Source of the DNA: an uncultured Agrobacterium sp.
GTDB lineage: Bacteria; Pseudomonadota; Alphaproteobacteria; Rhizobiales; Rhizobiaceae
Length of the DNA: 64,000 nt
Strand: one strand, 5' to 3'
Assembly: GCF_913777615.1 (NCBI RefSeq)
Contig: NZ_CAJYTK010000018.1
Shown: in pieces, positions 16,272-27,245 of the stretch
Layout of the letters: every line of letters starts with the position of its first letter
Position numbering within the stretch: the stretch's first letter is position 1
The notes under the pieces: model-generated
What the model was told of the DNA's origin: nothing
What the model saw: only the letters and a program-made list of their open reading frames with translations
The model's database searches: none
Position numbers and translations under genes: made by a program

Positions 16272-18254
16272 ATGAAGCACAGTTTGGCACAGGGTTTCGA
16301 GCCCGACCTGCAGACGGATGCATCTCGCAATCGGTCCGATGCGGCTGTGCGGCAACAATTCTTTGCCGATACGGACGTCACACGCCGGCGAGCGATACGG
16401 CGGGGTCTTTGGGTTGCCGTTCTCATATATCTGCTGTTCTCGCTGACCGATATTCTGCTCGTTCCTGACGTTTCCATCCACACGACATTTGCGCGCTTCG
16501 TCGTCGGCATCGCTGCCCTATTGGCACTTGAATTGCAGGTCAGGGCGGGAACGAGAGCGGACTTCATGGACCTTACCTGCGCCGTGGCACTGGTATGCGG
16601 CTATCTCGGCTGGCTGTTGCCAGCCATGATGACGAGCTACGCCACCAACATGTCCTACTACATGGTATTCGGCGCCATCTTCATGATGGGCGCGAACCTG
16701 TTCTTCACGTTCAATTTTGCTCTCTCTCTGGTGGCGTCCGGTGTGGTGCTGTGCATCTACTTCGGCGCCTTGAATTATCTGCATGAAGATATTTACTACC
16801 GGATCGCTTTCGGTACGTTCTATCTCGCCTGCTTCAGCTTTACCTCTTACGTCAATTGGCGCCTCAATCGCGAGCGCGCACGCGTTCTCCTCAGCGCTGT
16901 CGAGGCAAAAATTCGTCAGCGTGAAGCGGAAGAGCGGGGAGAAGCACTGTTAAGGCTTTCCAATACCGACCCGATGACGGGCGTTGCAAACCGCCGCGCC
17001 GTCGATGCGCAGCTGCGTCTCCTCTGGAGCGACTGGACAACGTCGAAGCGAAACTTCGCAGTTTTCCTGATCGACGTCGATTTCTTCAAAAAGTATAACG
17101 ACTACTATGGCCACCAGGAGGGAGATCGTTGTCTCGTTCAGGTAGCTCGTGCCCTTCAACTGGCGGTCAGCGATCGCGATGCGTTGATAGGGCGTTACGG
17201 TGGCGAAGAGTTCATTGCACTGCTGCGCTTCAACACGCGACAGGAAGTGGATAAGGTTGCGGAGATGATTCGTCGCGCGGTGGAGGATCTTTGCCTCGCT
17301 CACGAACGGCGTCGAGACGGCACCTCCGTCATCACCGTCAGTGTTGGCGTGTCCTTCACACGTCCAGCTCCCGAGCATAAATTGGAACGCTTGATCTATG
17401 AGGCAGACCGGGCGCTCTATCTCGCCAAGGAAAGCGGGCGCAACAGGATCAAGCTGTTCGACCCTGACGATCCGCTGACGAGCGACGACACCGAAAATGT
17501 TGCGGCCCTTCTGGATATCGCCATTCAGCAGAACCTCGTTTCACTCGTCTACCAGCCGATCCGAAGCCTCGCCAACGATCGCGTCCAGGCGGCAGAAGCA
17601 TTGATGCGCCTGCGGCTGCTGGACGGAACACTGGTTCCGCCCAGTATCTTCATTCCCATCGCTGAGCGGATAGGCAAGATAACCGATCTCGGCCTCTGGG
17701 CAATCCGTACGGCCTGCCAGCAGATGCTACAAACCGGCAAGGTTCAGGTCGTCAGCGTCAACGTGTCACCCATCCAACTGAAACGGCCGGGCTTTGCCAC
17801 GTCGGTGGCTGCCATTCTAGGCGAGCTTGGCATTGGAGGCGGACAACTCGCGCTGGAAATCACCGAAGGCCTGGAGATGGACATGGATTCCGATGTCCTG
17901 CGCTGTATCAGCGATCTGAGAATGCTCGGCATCAAGATATGGCTGGACGACTTCGGCACCGGTTTTGCGGGGCTCTCCTGGCTGCGACTGATCGAATTCG
18001 ATACCGTCAAGATCGACAAGTCATTTCTGCATGACGGCACGAGTCTGCGCGGCAAAGCCATGCTCAAGGATATTATCGGCCTGATCCGCAACCGCGGCCC
18101 AAAGATCCTCGTCGAGGGCGTCGAAACAGTCGAACAACTTCACTTGATGCAGCAATTCAAGATCGATCATGTGCAAGGCTATTTCGTCGGTCGCCCGGTT
18201 TCCGCCGAGGCGTTCGAGGTATCGAGAGCGAACGGCGTAAAGGGCATGCGCTGA
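16272..18254 (+). CDS. Membrane-bound diguanylate cyclase/phosphodiesterase (6TM-GGDEF-EAL)
   Basis: Six hydrophobic helices, a coiled-coil linker, TDPMTGVANRR, IDVDFFKKYND, GRYGGEEF, then AEALMR, EITE, DDFGTG, VKIDKS, EGVE, QGY. Start set at ATG 16272 (TAGGA 6 nt upstream). Confidence 0.93.
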   Translation: MKHSLAQGFEPDLQTDASRNRSDAAVRQQFFADTDVTRRRAIRRGLWVAVLIYLLFSLTDILLVPDVSIHTTFARFVVGIAALLALELQVRAGTRADFMDLTCAVALVCGYLGWLLPAMMTSYATNMSYYMVFGAIFMMGANLFFTFNFALSLVASGVVLCIYFGALNYLHEDIYYRIAFGTFYLACFSFTSYVNWRLNRERARVLLSAVEAKIRQREAEERGEALLRLSNTDPMTGVANRRAVDAQLRLLWSDWTTSKRNFAVFLIDVDFFKKYNDYYGHQEGDRCLVQVARALQLAVSDRDALIGRYGGEEFIALLRFNTRQEVDKVAEMIRRAVEDLCLAHERRRDGTSVITVSVGVSFTRPAPEHKLERLIYEADRALYLAKESGRNRIKLFDPDDPLTSDDTENVAALLDIAIQQNLVSLVYQPIRSLANDRVQAAEALMRLRLLDGTLVPPSIFIPIAERIGKITDLGLWAIRTACQQMLQTGKVQVVSVNVSPIQLKRPGFATSVAAILGELGIGGGQLALEITEGLEMDMDSDVLRCISDLRMLGIKIWLDDFGTGFAGLSWLRLIEFDTVKIDKSFLHDGTSLRGKAMLKDIIGLIRNRGPKILVEGVETVEQLHLMQQFKIDHVQGYFVGRPVSAEAFEVSRANGVKGMR

Positions 18255-18335
18255 AGTATCCGCGTTGACCAAGCGGCGCTTCCTGAAAATCGCTGTCTCG
18301 GCGGCTTTACACTTCCAGAACATCGTCTTGAAGTA

Positions 18336-18368
18336 CGAAAGCCGGCCGCTTTAGGCAGCCGGCTTTCG
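18336..18368. terminator. Bidirectional terminator between GGDEF-EAL gene and ftsK paralogue
   Basis: CGAAAGCCGGC-N11-GCCGGCTTTCG perfect 11-bp stem between convergent stops. Confidence 0.75.
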
Positions 18369-18393
18369 TCGATGAAACTGTAGAGGCATGTCC

Positions 18394-21102
18394 TCAGTCG
18401 GTAGCGCCCGGAACCTCGTGGGCATCGCGTTCACCGATGATGATAGAGCGTTTGCCGACATGGTTTGCCGGGCCGACAATGCCTTCCTGCTCCATACGCT
18501 CCACCAGAGATGCGGCACGGTTGTAGCCGATCGACAGACGACGCTGGATGTAGGAGGTCGAGCACTTCTTGTCGCGCAGGACCACCTTCACAGCCTTTTC
18601 GTAAAGATCGGCCGTATCGTCTTCGGCCATGGCGGTCTTGTCGAAGACGGCGCTATCTTCATCCTCGCCGTCATCGGCCTCGTCAGCATCTTCCGTTACC
18701 GTGCCCAGATATTCCGGACGGCCTTGCGTCTTAAGATGCGCGACGACCTTCTCGACTTCCTCGTCGGAGACGAATGGTCCGTGAACACGGGCGATGCGTC
18801 CGCCGCCCATCATGTGCAGCATGTCGCCCTGGCCAAGCAGATGCTCGGCTCCCTGCTCGCCGAGAATCGTGCGGCTGTCGATTTTCGACGTGACCTGGAA
18901 GGAGATGCGGGTGGGAAAGTTCGCCTTGATCGTACCTGTGATGACATCGACCGATGGACGCTGGGTCGCCATGATCAGGTGGATACCGGCGGCGCGCGCC
19001 ATCTGTGCAAGCCGCTGGATCGCGCCTTCAATCTCCTTGCCAGCCACCATCATAAGATCGGCCATCTCGTCGACGATGACGACGATGTAAGGCATGGCCG
19101 TGAGGTCCATCTCCTCCTGTTCGTAGACGGCCTCGCCCGTTGCGCGGTCGAAACCGGTCTGGACGTTGCACATCACGGTCTCGCCCTTGGCGCGAGCGGC
19201 GGCAGCGCGAGCATTGTATCCATCGATATTGCGAACGCCGAGGCGCGACATCTTGCGATAGCGATCCTCCATTTCGCGCACCGCCCATTTCAGCGCCATG
19301 ACAGCCTTCTTCGGGTCGGTGACGACGGGGGTGAGGAGATGCGGAATACCGTCATAGACGGAAAGCTCGAGCATCTTCGGATCGACCATGATCAGGCGGC
19401 ACTCTTCCGGTTTCAACCGGTAAAGCAGCGATAGAATCATGGTGTTGATCGCAACCGATTTGCCAGAGCCGGTCGTGCCGGCCACCAGAAGGTGGGGCAT
19501 CTTGGCAAGCTCGGCCACCACCGGCTCGCCGCCAATGGTCTTGCCGAGGCAAAGCGCCAGACTCATCCGCGTATCGGCGTAATCGTGGGATTCGATCAGT
19601 TCGCGGAAATAGACCGTCTCGCGCACCGGATTAGGCAATTCGATACCGATAACGTTGCGGCCAGGAATGACCGCGACGCGGGCCGAGAGGGCCGACATGG
19701 ATCGGGCGATATCGTCCGACAGACCGATGACACGCGACGACTTGACGCCCGGTGCCGGTTCGAACTCGTAAAGAGTGACGACAGGACCAGGGCGCACATC
19801 GATGATCTCGCCCTTGATGCCGAAATCTTCGAGCACGCTTTCCAGCAGACCTGCGCTCTGCTCCAGCGCTTCGGGCGTCATCGTCGTCGTCTGCTGCACC
19901 TGCGGTGTCTGAAGCAGATCGATCGGCGGATACTCGTACTCGCCCTCGCCAAAGACAGGCGCATCGAGGAACATAGGCTGGTTGTTGCGCGCCACCGTGC
20001 GGGTCTCGCGGCGCGCAGCTGGCATCTCGATAGTGACTGGTTCGACGACCTCTACAGAAGGCACGGTCTGTTCGACCGGTGCGGCTTCGACGATTTCTTT
20101 CTGCTCGGCTTGAGGAGGCTGATGGCCACGAACACCGATTTCGCGGTAGAGCGAGACAGCCGATCCGTCCAGGTCGGGGAATGCCGGCACTGTAGGCAAG
20201 CTTGGGCGCAGCTGTTGGCGAATGACGACAGGCTCAGCCGCGCGGGGCTGGCGCAGAAGCGGAACATGGATGGAAGCCGGCTGCTGAGGGGGCATAGCCG
20301 GTTTCGTCGCGGACAGGCGCTGGGCCTTCAGCCTTGCCAGTTCAGACAGACGCACGGGCTGCCGGTCGTGCGCAATCGTGCCCTCGACGTCGAGATTCAT
20401 CACTTCCCAGAACATGTCGTCGGAAAGATAGGCGGCGAAGGATGGTACATCGAGTCTGGGCTTCTGCTGGTCCTCGGCAGGGAAGCAGGCTACGTCGATT
20501 TCTTCACGCACGACAGCTTCTTCCGGCGCTTCAGCAGTGACCGGCTGGGCCGGAACTTCTCCTGACGAACCTGCATCGGCCTGCTGCAAAAGTTCCTGCT
20601 GCTGGCGTAATGCCAATTCGCGGCGCAGGCGATAACTCAATGCTCTAGCGCCTGTAGCGCCCGGAGGCTGCGGCAGGACGGCGGGTTTTGCAATACGACG
20701 CTCTACCGGTGCTGGCTGTGGCGCAGTCGAATTCGTTGCGTAGGTGGCAGCATCTTGACCACTAGGAGACTCCGACCCCACTTGCTCGCCCGGTTGATCG
20801 ACGGCGACATCTTCGCCGGCAGCGTTCTTCTTGGCAAAAATGATCTGTGGCGTGCGGGAAAAGCGCACATTCGGGCCAAGCGTGAAGGCGTTTTGCCAGC
20901 CGGGCATATCGGGGCGGCCTTCGATCGCATTGGCAGCGATCTGATCGGCATGACGACCCACGGCAGCGCGCTCGGCACTCGTTAAGCTTTGCATCGGCAC
21001 GCCTGATATCTGGGGATGCTGAACCATGTTGTCTGCCGATTCAGCCTCTCCCCCCTCTATCGCATTGCCTGGATTATTAAAATTGGATCGGGGAAAACGC
21101 AT
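18394..21102 (-). CDS. ftsK: FtsK/SpoIIIE DNA translocase paralogue lacking the N-terminal TM domain (FtsK2)
   Basis: C-terminal motor: [23 protein letters not shown] Walker [10 protein letters not shown] Walker [10 protein letters not shown], gamma domain [21 protein letters not shown]. Start moved to ATG 21102 (MRFPRSNF); no hydrophobic segments at the N-terminus. Confidence 0.92.
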   Translation of the reverse strand: MRFPRSNFNNPGNAIEGGEAESADNMVQHPQISGVPMQSLTSAERAAVGRHADQIAANAIEGRPDMPGWQNAFTLGPNVRFSRTPQIIFAKKNAAGEDVAVDQPGEQVGSESPSGQDAATYATNSTAPQPAPVERRIAKPAVLPQPPGATGARALSYRLRRELALRQQQELLQQADAGSSGEVPAQPVTAEAPEEAVVREEIDVACFPAEDQQKPRLDVPSFAAYLSDDMFWEVMNLDVEGTIAHDRQPVRLSELARLKAQRLSATKPAMPPQQPASIHVPLLRQPRAAEPVVIRQQLRPSLPTVPAFPDLDGSAVSLYREIGVRGHQPPQAEQKEIVEAAPVEQTVPSVEVVEPVTIEMPAARRETRTVARNNQPMFLDAPVFGEGEYEYPPIDLLQTPQVQQTTTMTPEALEQSAGLLESVLEDFGIKGEIIDVRPGPVVTLYEFEPAPGVKSSRVIGLSDDIARSMSALSARVAVIPGRNVIGIELPNPVRETVYFRELIESHDYADTRMSLALCLGKTIGGEPVVAELAKMPHLLVAGTTGSGKSVAINTMILSLLYRLKPEECRLIMVDPKMLELSVYDGIPHLLTPVVTDPKKAVMALKWAVREMEDRYRKMSRLGVRNIDGYNARAAAARAKGETVMCNVQTGFDRATGEAVYEQEEMDLTAMPYIVVIVDEMADLMMVAGKEIEGAIQRLAQMARAAGIHLIMATQRPSVDVITGTIKANFPTRISFQVTSKIDSRTILGEQGAEHLLGQGDMLHMMGGGRIARVHGPFVSDEEVEKVVAHLKTQGRPEYLGTVTEDADEADDGEDEDSAVFDKTAMAEDDTADLYEKAVKVVLRDKKCSTSYIQRRLSIGYNRAASLVERMEQEGIVGPANHVGKRSIIIGERDAHEVPGATD

Positions 21103-21432
21103 GACAGCCTGTACACTCATCATAAACGGACAATTGGCACAGCAACTGAGATAAAAAATAAAGGTTAACCACCTATTGCCAAAGCGGTCAGCAAAGCGAA
21201 TTTCGGCAGAGTTAAAGCGAGCTGTGGCGCTCGTGCCACGCAAATCCAAGGCTTTCCGCTTCCAACTTTCTTCAGTCCTTACTGCATCGTTTTCCACAGC
21301 CTTTGGCAGCGGCTTTGAGCGGGCCAACCTCTCCCAAAAATTAATTCCGGGTCATGACAGCAAACTAAACACAGACGACTTTACAACTGACATGTTAATG
21401 CTCTATCACTCCTTCATCAGTTTTGGAGGAGC

Positions 21433-22323
21433 ATGGACGTGACTGGTAAATTCGGCCTCTCGGCAGCGTTGACGACACCCTTTATGCAGGATGGAACGAT
21501 TGCCATCGATGCGATGATCAAGCAGGCCGAGCGCGCTTTGTCGTCGGGTTGCGACAGCATCACCCTCTTCGGTACCACCGGCGAAGGGAGCTCGATCGGA
21601 ACTCGTGAGCGCGCCGATATTCTGGCGTCTTGCCTCAATGCCGGTATCGCGCCGAACAGGATCGTGGTGGGCGTTCTAGTGGATTCCGCGCAGGATGCCG
21701 CCGATCAGGCCTTTGCCGCCCTCGATGCTGGCGTGCGCAACATTCTCCTCGCCCCGCCCTCCTATTTCAAGAATGTCAGCGATGACGGTCTGTTCGACTG
21801 GTTCGCCTCCGTGTTTTCGCAGATCGGCTCGGGCGCGCGCGATATCCTCGTCTACAATATTCCGTCGGTAACGATGGTGACGCTCTCGGTCGAACTCGTC
21901 GGACGCCTGAAGCAGGCTTTCCCCGGCATCGTCGTTGGCGTAAAGGACTCTTCCGGCAACTGGCCGCACACGGAGCGTCTTTTGAAGGAGCACGGCGAGC
22001 TGATCATCCTGATCGGCGACGAGCGCCATCTGGCTCAAGGCGTTCGCATGGGCGGTCAGGGTGCGATCTCCGGCTGCGCCAACTTCCTGCCCGCAGAAAT
22101 CCGCGCAATGGCGGTAGATGGCAAGGACGACAAGCGCGTTCAAGATCTTGTGGTCGAACTGCTGAAATTTCCCGTGACCCCTGCCGTAAAAGTTCTCGTG
22201 TCCTACACGACCGGCGAAACGATCTGGCATGCGGTGCGTCCGCCGCTGGTTTCCATCTCCGCAGAAGATCGTAAAAAGATCGAAGCGGCATTCGGATCGC
22301 TGTTCAGCAAACAGGCGGCTTGA
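21433..22323 (+). CDS. Dihydrodipicolinate synthase / N-acetylneuraminate lyase family aldolase
   Basis: ALTTPF, GTTGEG, LVYNIP, GVKDSSG Schiff-base Lys; RBS GGAGGA. Confidence 0.88.
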   Translation: MDVTGKFGLSAALTTPFMQDGTIAIDAMIKQAERALSSGCDSITLFGTTGEGSSIGTRERADILASCLNAGIAPNRIVVGVLVDSAQDAADQAFAALDAGVRNILLAPPSYFKNVSDDGLFDWFASVFSQIGSGARDILVYNIPSVTMVTLSVELVGRLKQAFPGIVVGVKDSSGNWPHTERLLKEHGELIILIGDERHLAQGVRMGGQGAISGCANFLPAEIRAMAVDGKDDKRVQDLVVELLKFPVTPAVKVLVSYTTGETIWHAVRPPLVSISAEDRKKIEAAFGSLFSKQAA

Positions 22324-22335
22324 AAGGCGTAACGA

Positions 22336-22995
22336 ATGGACGATGTGGCCGAACAGACGACATTGCGGGAGAAGGCGTATGAGAGCTTTACGCACCATCT
22401 TCTCGCGCGTGACGTTCGGCCAGGTCAGTTCATCTCCCAGCGCCGCCTTGTCGAATTGACCGGCCTGCCTCTCGGCGCAATACGCGAGGCGATCCCGCGG
22501 CTTGAAGCGGATGGGCTGATCAAGACAGTGCCGCAGCGCGGGCTGCAGGTCGCCCATATCGACATCAATTTGATCCGCGAAGCCTTCCAGTTCCGCATTC
22601 TGCTGGAAAAGGAAGCAGTGGCAAATTTCACGCGCACCGCCTCCGACGAGGCGATTGCCGACATGTTGAAGGAGCACCGGGAGATTGCCGAACTTGCCAA
22701 TAGCGGCAAGGGTTCGCCTGAGCTAGATGCGCGCGCCCAGGCCGTGGACTGGGGCATGCATGACGCCTTTATCGATGCGCTTGGCAACTCGATCATCTCG
22801 AATGCCTATCGCGTCAATTCGATCAAGATGCGCCTGATCAACCAGGAGCGCTTCCGCATCGCAGGCCATGTCAAATCGGTCATGGCCGAACACCTCATCA
22901 TCATCGAGGCCATCGAACGACGCGATGTCGATGAGGCCGTCGAGCGACTGGTCGCCCATATTCGCAGCGCGAGGGACAGAGCCCTCGCCGTTTAA
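22336..22995 (+). CDS. GntR-family regulator (FadR/FCD type)
   Basis: LREKAYESF...SQRRLVELTGLPLGAIREAIPRLEADGLIKTVPQRG HTH, followed by an FCD-like domain. Confidence 0.9.
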   Translation: MDDVAEQTTLREKAYESFTHHLLARDVRPGQFISQRRLVELTGLPLGAIREAIPRLEADGLIKTVPQRGLQVAHIDINLIREAFQFRILLEKEAVANFTRTASDEAIADMLKEHREIAELANSGKGSPELDARAQAVDWGMHDAFIDALGNSIISNAYRVNSIKMRLINQERFRIAGHVKSVMAEHLIIIEAIERRDVDEAVERLVAHIRSARDRALAV

Positions 22996-23050
22996 AAGAT
23001 CACCATAAAGCCTGGATGAGGAGATCCTGGCGAATAAGAGGAGGAACTTC

Positions 23051-24379
23051 ATGACACATTCATTTATGAGCCCAACACGTCGCGCCTTCCTGGCCGGCAC
23101 CGCTGCACTTGGCGGGGCCGCCATGTTCGGCGTCCGCTCCGCGTCAGCCGCAGTGGACTGGAAGAAGCATGCGGGCACGACGCTTGAGGTCAATCTGGTC
23201 AAGAGCCCGCGCAGCGAAACGCTTCTGAAATACATCAAGGAATTCGAAGAGCTGACCGGCATCAAGGTCAATGCCGAGGCGACGCCCGAACAGCAGCAGC
23301 GCCAGAAGGTCGTCATCGAGCTTTCTTCCGGCAAACCGAGCTTCGACGTCGTCCACCTGAGCTATCACGTTCAGAAGCGCCAGTTCGAAAAGGGCAAGTG
23401 GCTGGCCGATATCAGCGGCTTCATGAAGGACCCGTCGCTGACCGATCCTTCCCTGGTCGAAAGCGATTTTGCCGCAGCCGGCATGCAGTTTGCCAAGGAT
23501 AGTGACGGCGTCCTGCGCTCGCTTCCCTTCTCCGTGGATTACTGGATCCTTTACTGGAACAAGGACCTGTTTGAAGCCAAGGGTCTGAAATATCCGCAGA
23601 CCTTCGAAGAACTGGTTGCCGCCGCCGAAGCGATCACCGATCCGTCCACCAACACCTACGGTTTTGTCGCCCGCGGTCTGAAGAACGCCAATACGCCGGT
23701 CTGGACCACACTGATGCTCGGTTACGGCGCAGAGCCGATCACCGATGGCAAGATCAACACCGAGTCCAAGGAGGCGGTGGAAGCGGCCAAGCTCTACCAG
23801 CGCCTGATGACCAAGGCTGCACCTCCCGGAGTCTCGGGCTTCAACTGGGCCGAAGCGCAGTCTGCGTTCCTCCAGGGCAAGATCGGCATGTGGCTGGACG
23901 GCGTCGGTTTCGCACCGCCAATCGAAAACCCGGAAAAGTCCCGTGTCGTCGGCAAGACGGGCTATGGCGTGATGCCGAAGGGTCCGGCAGCGCAGGCCGC
24001 CGGTACATTCGGTGACGGCCTTGGCGTTGTCGAAGCCAGCACCAAGAAGGAAGCGGCCTACCTCTTCTGCCAGTGGGCGATCTCGCACGATATGGGCGCT
24101 CGTCTCCTGCAGGCCGGTGCGGGTGTTCCGTTCCGCCAGTCCATCCTCGAGGATGCGAAGGTGCGCGAAGGCGTCAAGATGCCAGCCGAGTGGCTGGATG
24201 CCGTGGTCGGTTCCGGCAAGGTGTCCAAGCTCGCGCTTCCAGTCATCATTCCGGTGACCGAGTTCCGCGACATCTATGGCGTCGGTCTCACCAATATGAT
24301 CGGCGGCGCCGATCCGGCCGCAGAACTCAAGAAGGCGACCGAACAGTTCGCACCTGTTCTGGCACGCAGCGAGGGATAA
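23051..24379 (+). CDS. Carbohydrate ABC transporter substrate-binding protein (Tat-exported)
   Basis: TRRAFLAG twin-arginine signal; SBP_bac_1-like LPFSVDYWILYWNKDLF. Confidence 0.88.
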   Translation: MTHSFMSPTRRAFLAGTAALGGAAMFGVRSASAAVDWKKHAGTTLEVNLVKSPRSETLLKYIKEFEELTGIKVNAEATPEQQQRQKVVIELSSGKPSFDVVHLSYHVQKRQFEKGKWLADISGFMKDPSLTDPSLVESDFAAAGMQFAKDSDGVLRSLPFSVDYWILYWNKDLFEAKGLKYPQTFEELVAAAEAITDPSTNTYGFVARGLKNANTPVWTTLMLGYGAEPITDGKINTESKEAVEAAKLYQRLMTKAAPPGVSGFNWAEAQSAFLQGKIGMWLDGVGFAPPIENPEKSRVVGKTGYGVMPKGPAAQAAGTFGDGLGVVEASTKKEAAYLFCQWAISHDMGARLLQAGAGVPFRQSILEDAKVREGVKMPAEWLDAVVGSGKVSKLALPVIIPVTEFRDIYGVGLTNMIGGADPAAELKKATEQFAPVLARSEG

Positions 24380-24381
24380 AG

Positions 24382-25317
24382 GTGTCTATCAGCATCGAAC
24401 ATAGTGCAGCGGTGACGAAAGCCGCACAGGGGAGCAAGCCACCGCGGCTTACTCCCAACTACTGGCCTTTCGTCATTCCCGCTCTCGTCGTCATCGGCGC
24501 AGTGATCGTCTTCCCCTGGGTCTTTACCCTTTGGATGAGCGCGCAACGCTGGACGCTTGGGCAAGAGCAGAGTTTCATCGGTTTCGACAACTACATCCGT
24601 CTGGCTAGTGATGCGCGGTTCTGGGAATCGCTCTGGCACACACTGGTTTACACGGTGCTCTCGGTTGTCGCGCCGCTGTTCCTCGGCACCTTGGCTGCTC
24701 TTGTGTTCGATGCGCAGTTCCCGCTGCGCGGTTTCCTGCGCGGCATCTTCGTCATGCCGATGATGGCGACCCCGGTCGCCATCGCGCTGGTTTGGACGAT
24801 GATGTTCCACCCGCAGCTCGGTGTACTGAACTACCTGCTCTCCTTCATCGGCATCGGTCCGCTGGAATGGATCTACAACCAGTCCACCGTCATCCCCTCT
24901 TTAGTTTTGGTCGAAACCTGGCAGTGGACGCCACTCGTCATGCTGATTGTTCTGGGTGGTCTGGCAGCCGTTCCGCGCGAACCCTATGAGAGTGCGGAAA
25001 TTGACGGCGCAAATGCCTGGCAAAAGTTCCGCTACCTCACCATGCCTATGATCGCGCCGTTCCTGATGATCGCCGTCATTATCCGCTCCATCGATGCGGT
25101 AAAGAGCTTCGACATCATCTATGCGATGACGCAAGGCGGACCGGGCACGGCATCTGAGACGATCAATATCTATCTCTATAACACGGCATTCGCCTATTAC
25201 GACATCGGCTATGCCTCGGCCATGGCCGTCGTTTTCTTCATCGTGATCATCGCGCTCTCCTTCGTCCTGTTGATGGTTCGTGCGCGCACCCAATGGAACG
25301 AGATGGAGGATCGCTGA
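24382..25317 (+). CDS. Carbohydrate ABC transporter permease
   Basis: FIGFDNY, WQWTPLVMLIVLGGL and EAA motif YESAEIDGANAWQKFRYLTMP; GTG start at 24382. Confidence 0.9.
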   Translation: MSISIEHSAAVTKAAQGSKPPRLTPNYWPFVIPALVVIGAVIVFPWVFTLWMSAQRWTLGQEQSFIGFDNYIRLASDARFWESLWHTLVYTVLSVVAPLFLGTLAALVFDAQFPLRGFLRGIFVMPMMATPVAIALVWTMMFHPQLGVLNYLLSFIGIGPLEWIYNQSTVIPSLVLVETWQWTPLVMLIVLGGLAAVPREPYESAEIDGANAWQKFRYLTMPMIAPFLMIAVIIRSIDAVKSFDIIYAMTQGGPGTASETINIYLYNTAFAYYDIGYASAMAVVFFIVIIALSFVLLMVRARTQWNEMEDR

Positions 25318-26138
25318 TGTCCCGCAGAAACCTAGACCGCATCGGCCTGTTCTTCATTGCGCTGGTGATGATTTCCCCCGTCATCCTCTTCTTCCTCTGG
25401 ATGATCTCGCTGTCACTGAAGTTCGAGATCGATAACGGCGCCTATCCGCCGATCCTGATCCCCGAGCGCTTCGCCTGGTCGAACTATGTGAAGGTCTTCG
25501 AGGAAAACAATTTCTTCCTCTATTTCTGGAATTCCGTGCTGGTCACGGGTGCAGCGACCATTCTGGCACTGGTTATCGGCGTTCCGGCGGGCTATGGCAT
25601 TGCACGGCTGAAAGCGGAAAAGGCGGCGATCGTCATCATGATCGCCCGTATGACGCCCGGCCTCTCCTTCCTCATTCCGCTGTTTTTGCTGTTCCAATGG
25701 TTGAACCTCCTCGGCACGCTCTGGCCGCAGATCATCATCCATCTGGTGGTCACTGTTCCGATCGTCGTGTGGATCATGATCGGCTACTTCGAGACGACAC
25801 CGAAGGAGTTGGAAGAGGCGGCAAGCATCGATGGCGCATCGTCCTGGCAGGTGTTCCGCCTGGTCGCGCTCCCCATCGCCAAGCCCGGCATCGTGGTCTC
25901 CTTCATCCTCGCCGTCATCTTCTCGTGGAACAACTTCGTCTTCGGCATCGTGCTGGCCAGCCGCGAAACGCGAACGCTTCCGGTCGCGGTCTACAACATG
26001 CTGTCTTTCGAGCAGGTCAGCTGGGGTCCGCTTGCCGCCGCAGCGCTGATCGTCACGCTGCCGGTTTTGTTGCTCACCATGTTTGCCCAAAAGCAGATCG
26101 TCGCGGGTCTTACCGCAGGCGCCGTCAAGGGTGGCTGA
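25317..26138 (+). CDS. Carbohydrate ABC transporter permease
   Basis: EAA motif PKELEEAASIDGAS; TGATG coupling with the upstream permease. Confidence 0.9.
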   Translation: MSRRNLDRIGLFFIALVMISPVILFFLWMISLSLKFEIDNGAYPPILIPERFAWSNYVKVFEENNFFLYFWNSVLVTGAATILALVIGVPAGYGIARLKAEKAAIVIMIARMTPGLSFLIPLFLLFQWLNLLGTLWPQIIIHLVVTVPIVVWIMIGYFETTPKELEEAASIDGASSWQVFRLVALPIAKPGIVVSFILAVIFSWNNFVFGIVLASRETRTLPVAVYNMLSFEQVSWGPLAAAALIVTLPVLLLTMFAQKQIVAGLTAGAVKGG

Positions 26139-26180
26139 TCGACAGATCGCTGGAACGAATTTCATTACAGGATAATCATC

Positions 26181-27239
<1,059 letters not shown>

Positions 27240-27245
27240 GCAGCA

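Noticed and set aside
18388-20565. 348-aa and 357-aa plus-strand ORFs
   Set aside because: Antisense shadows of the ftsK paralogue.
21388-21397. TGACATGTTA near-palindrome before the DHDPS-like gene as GntR operator
   Set aside because: Single, short and imperfect; no second copy found to support it.
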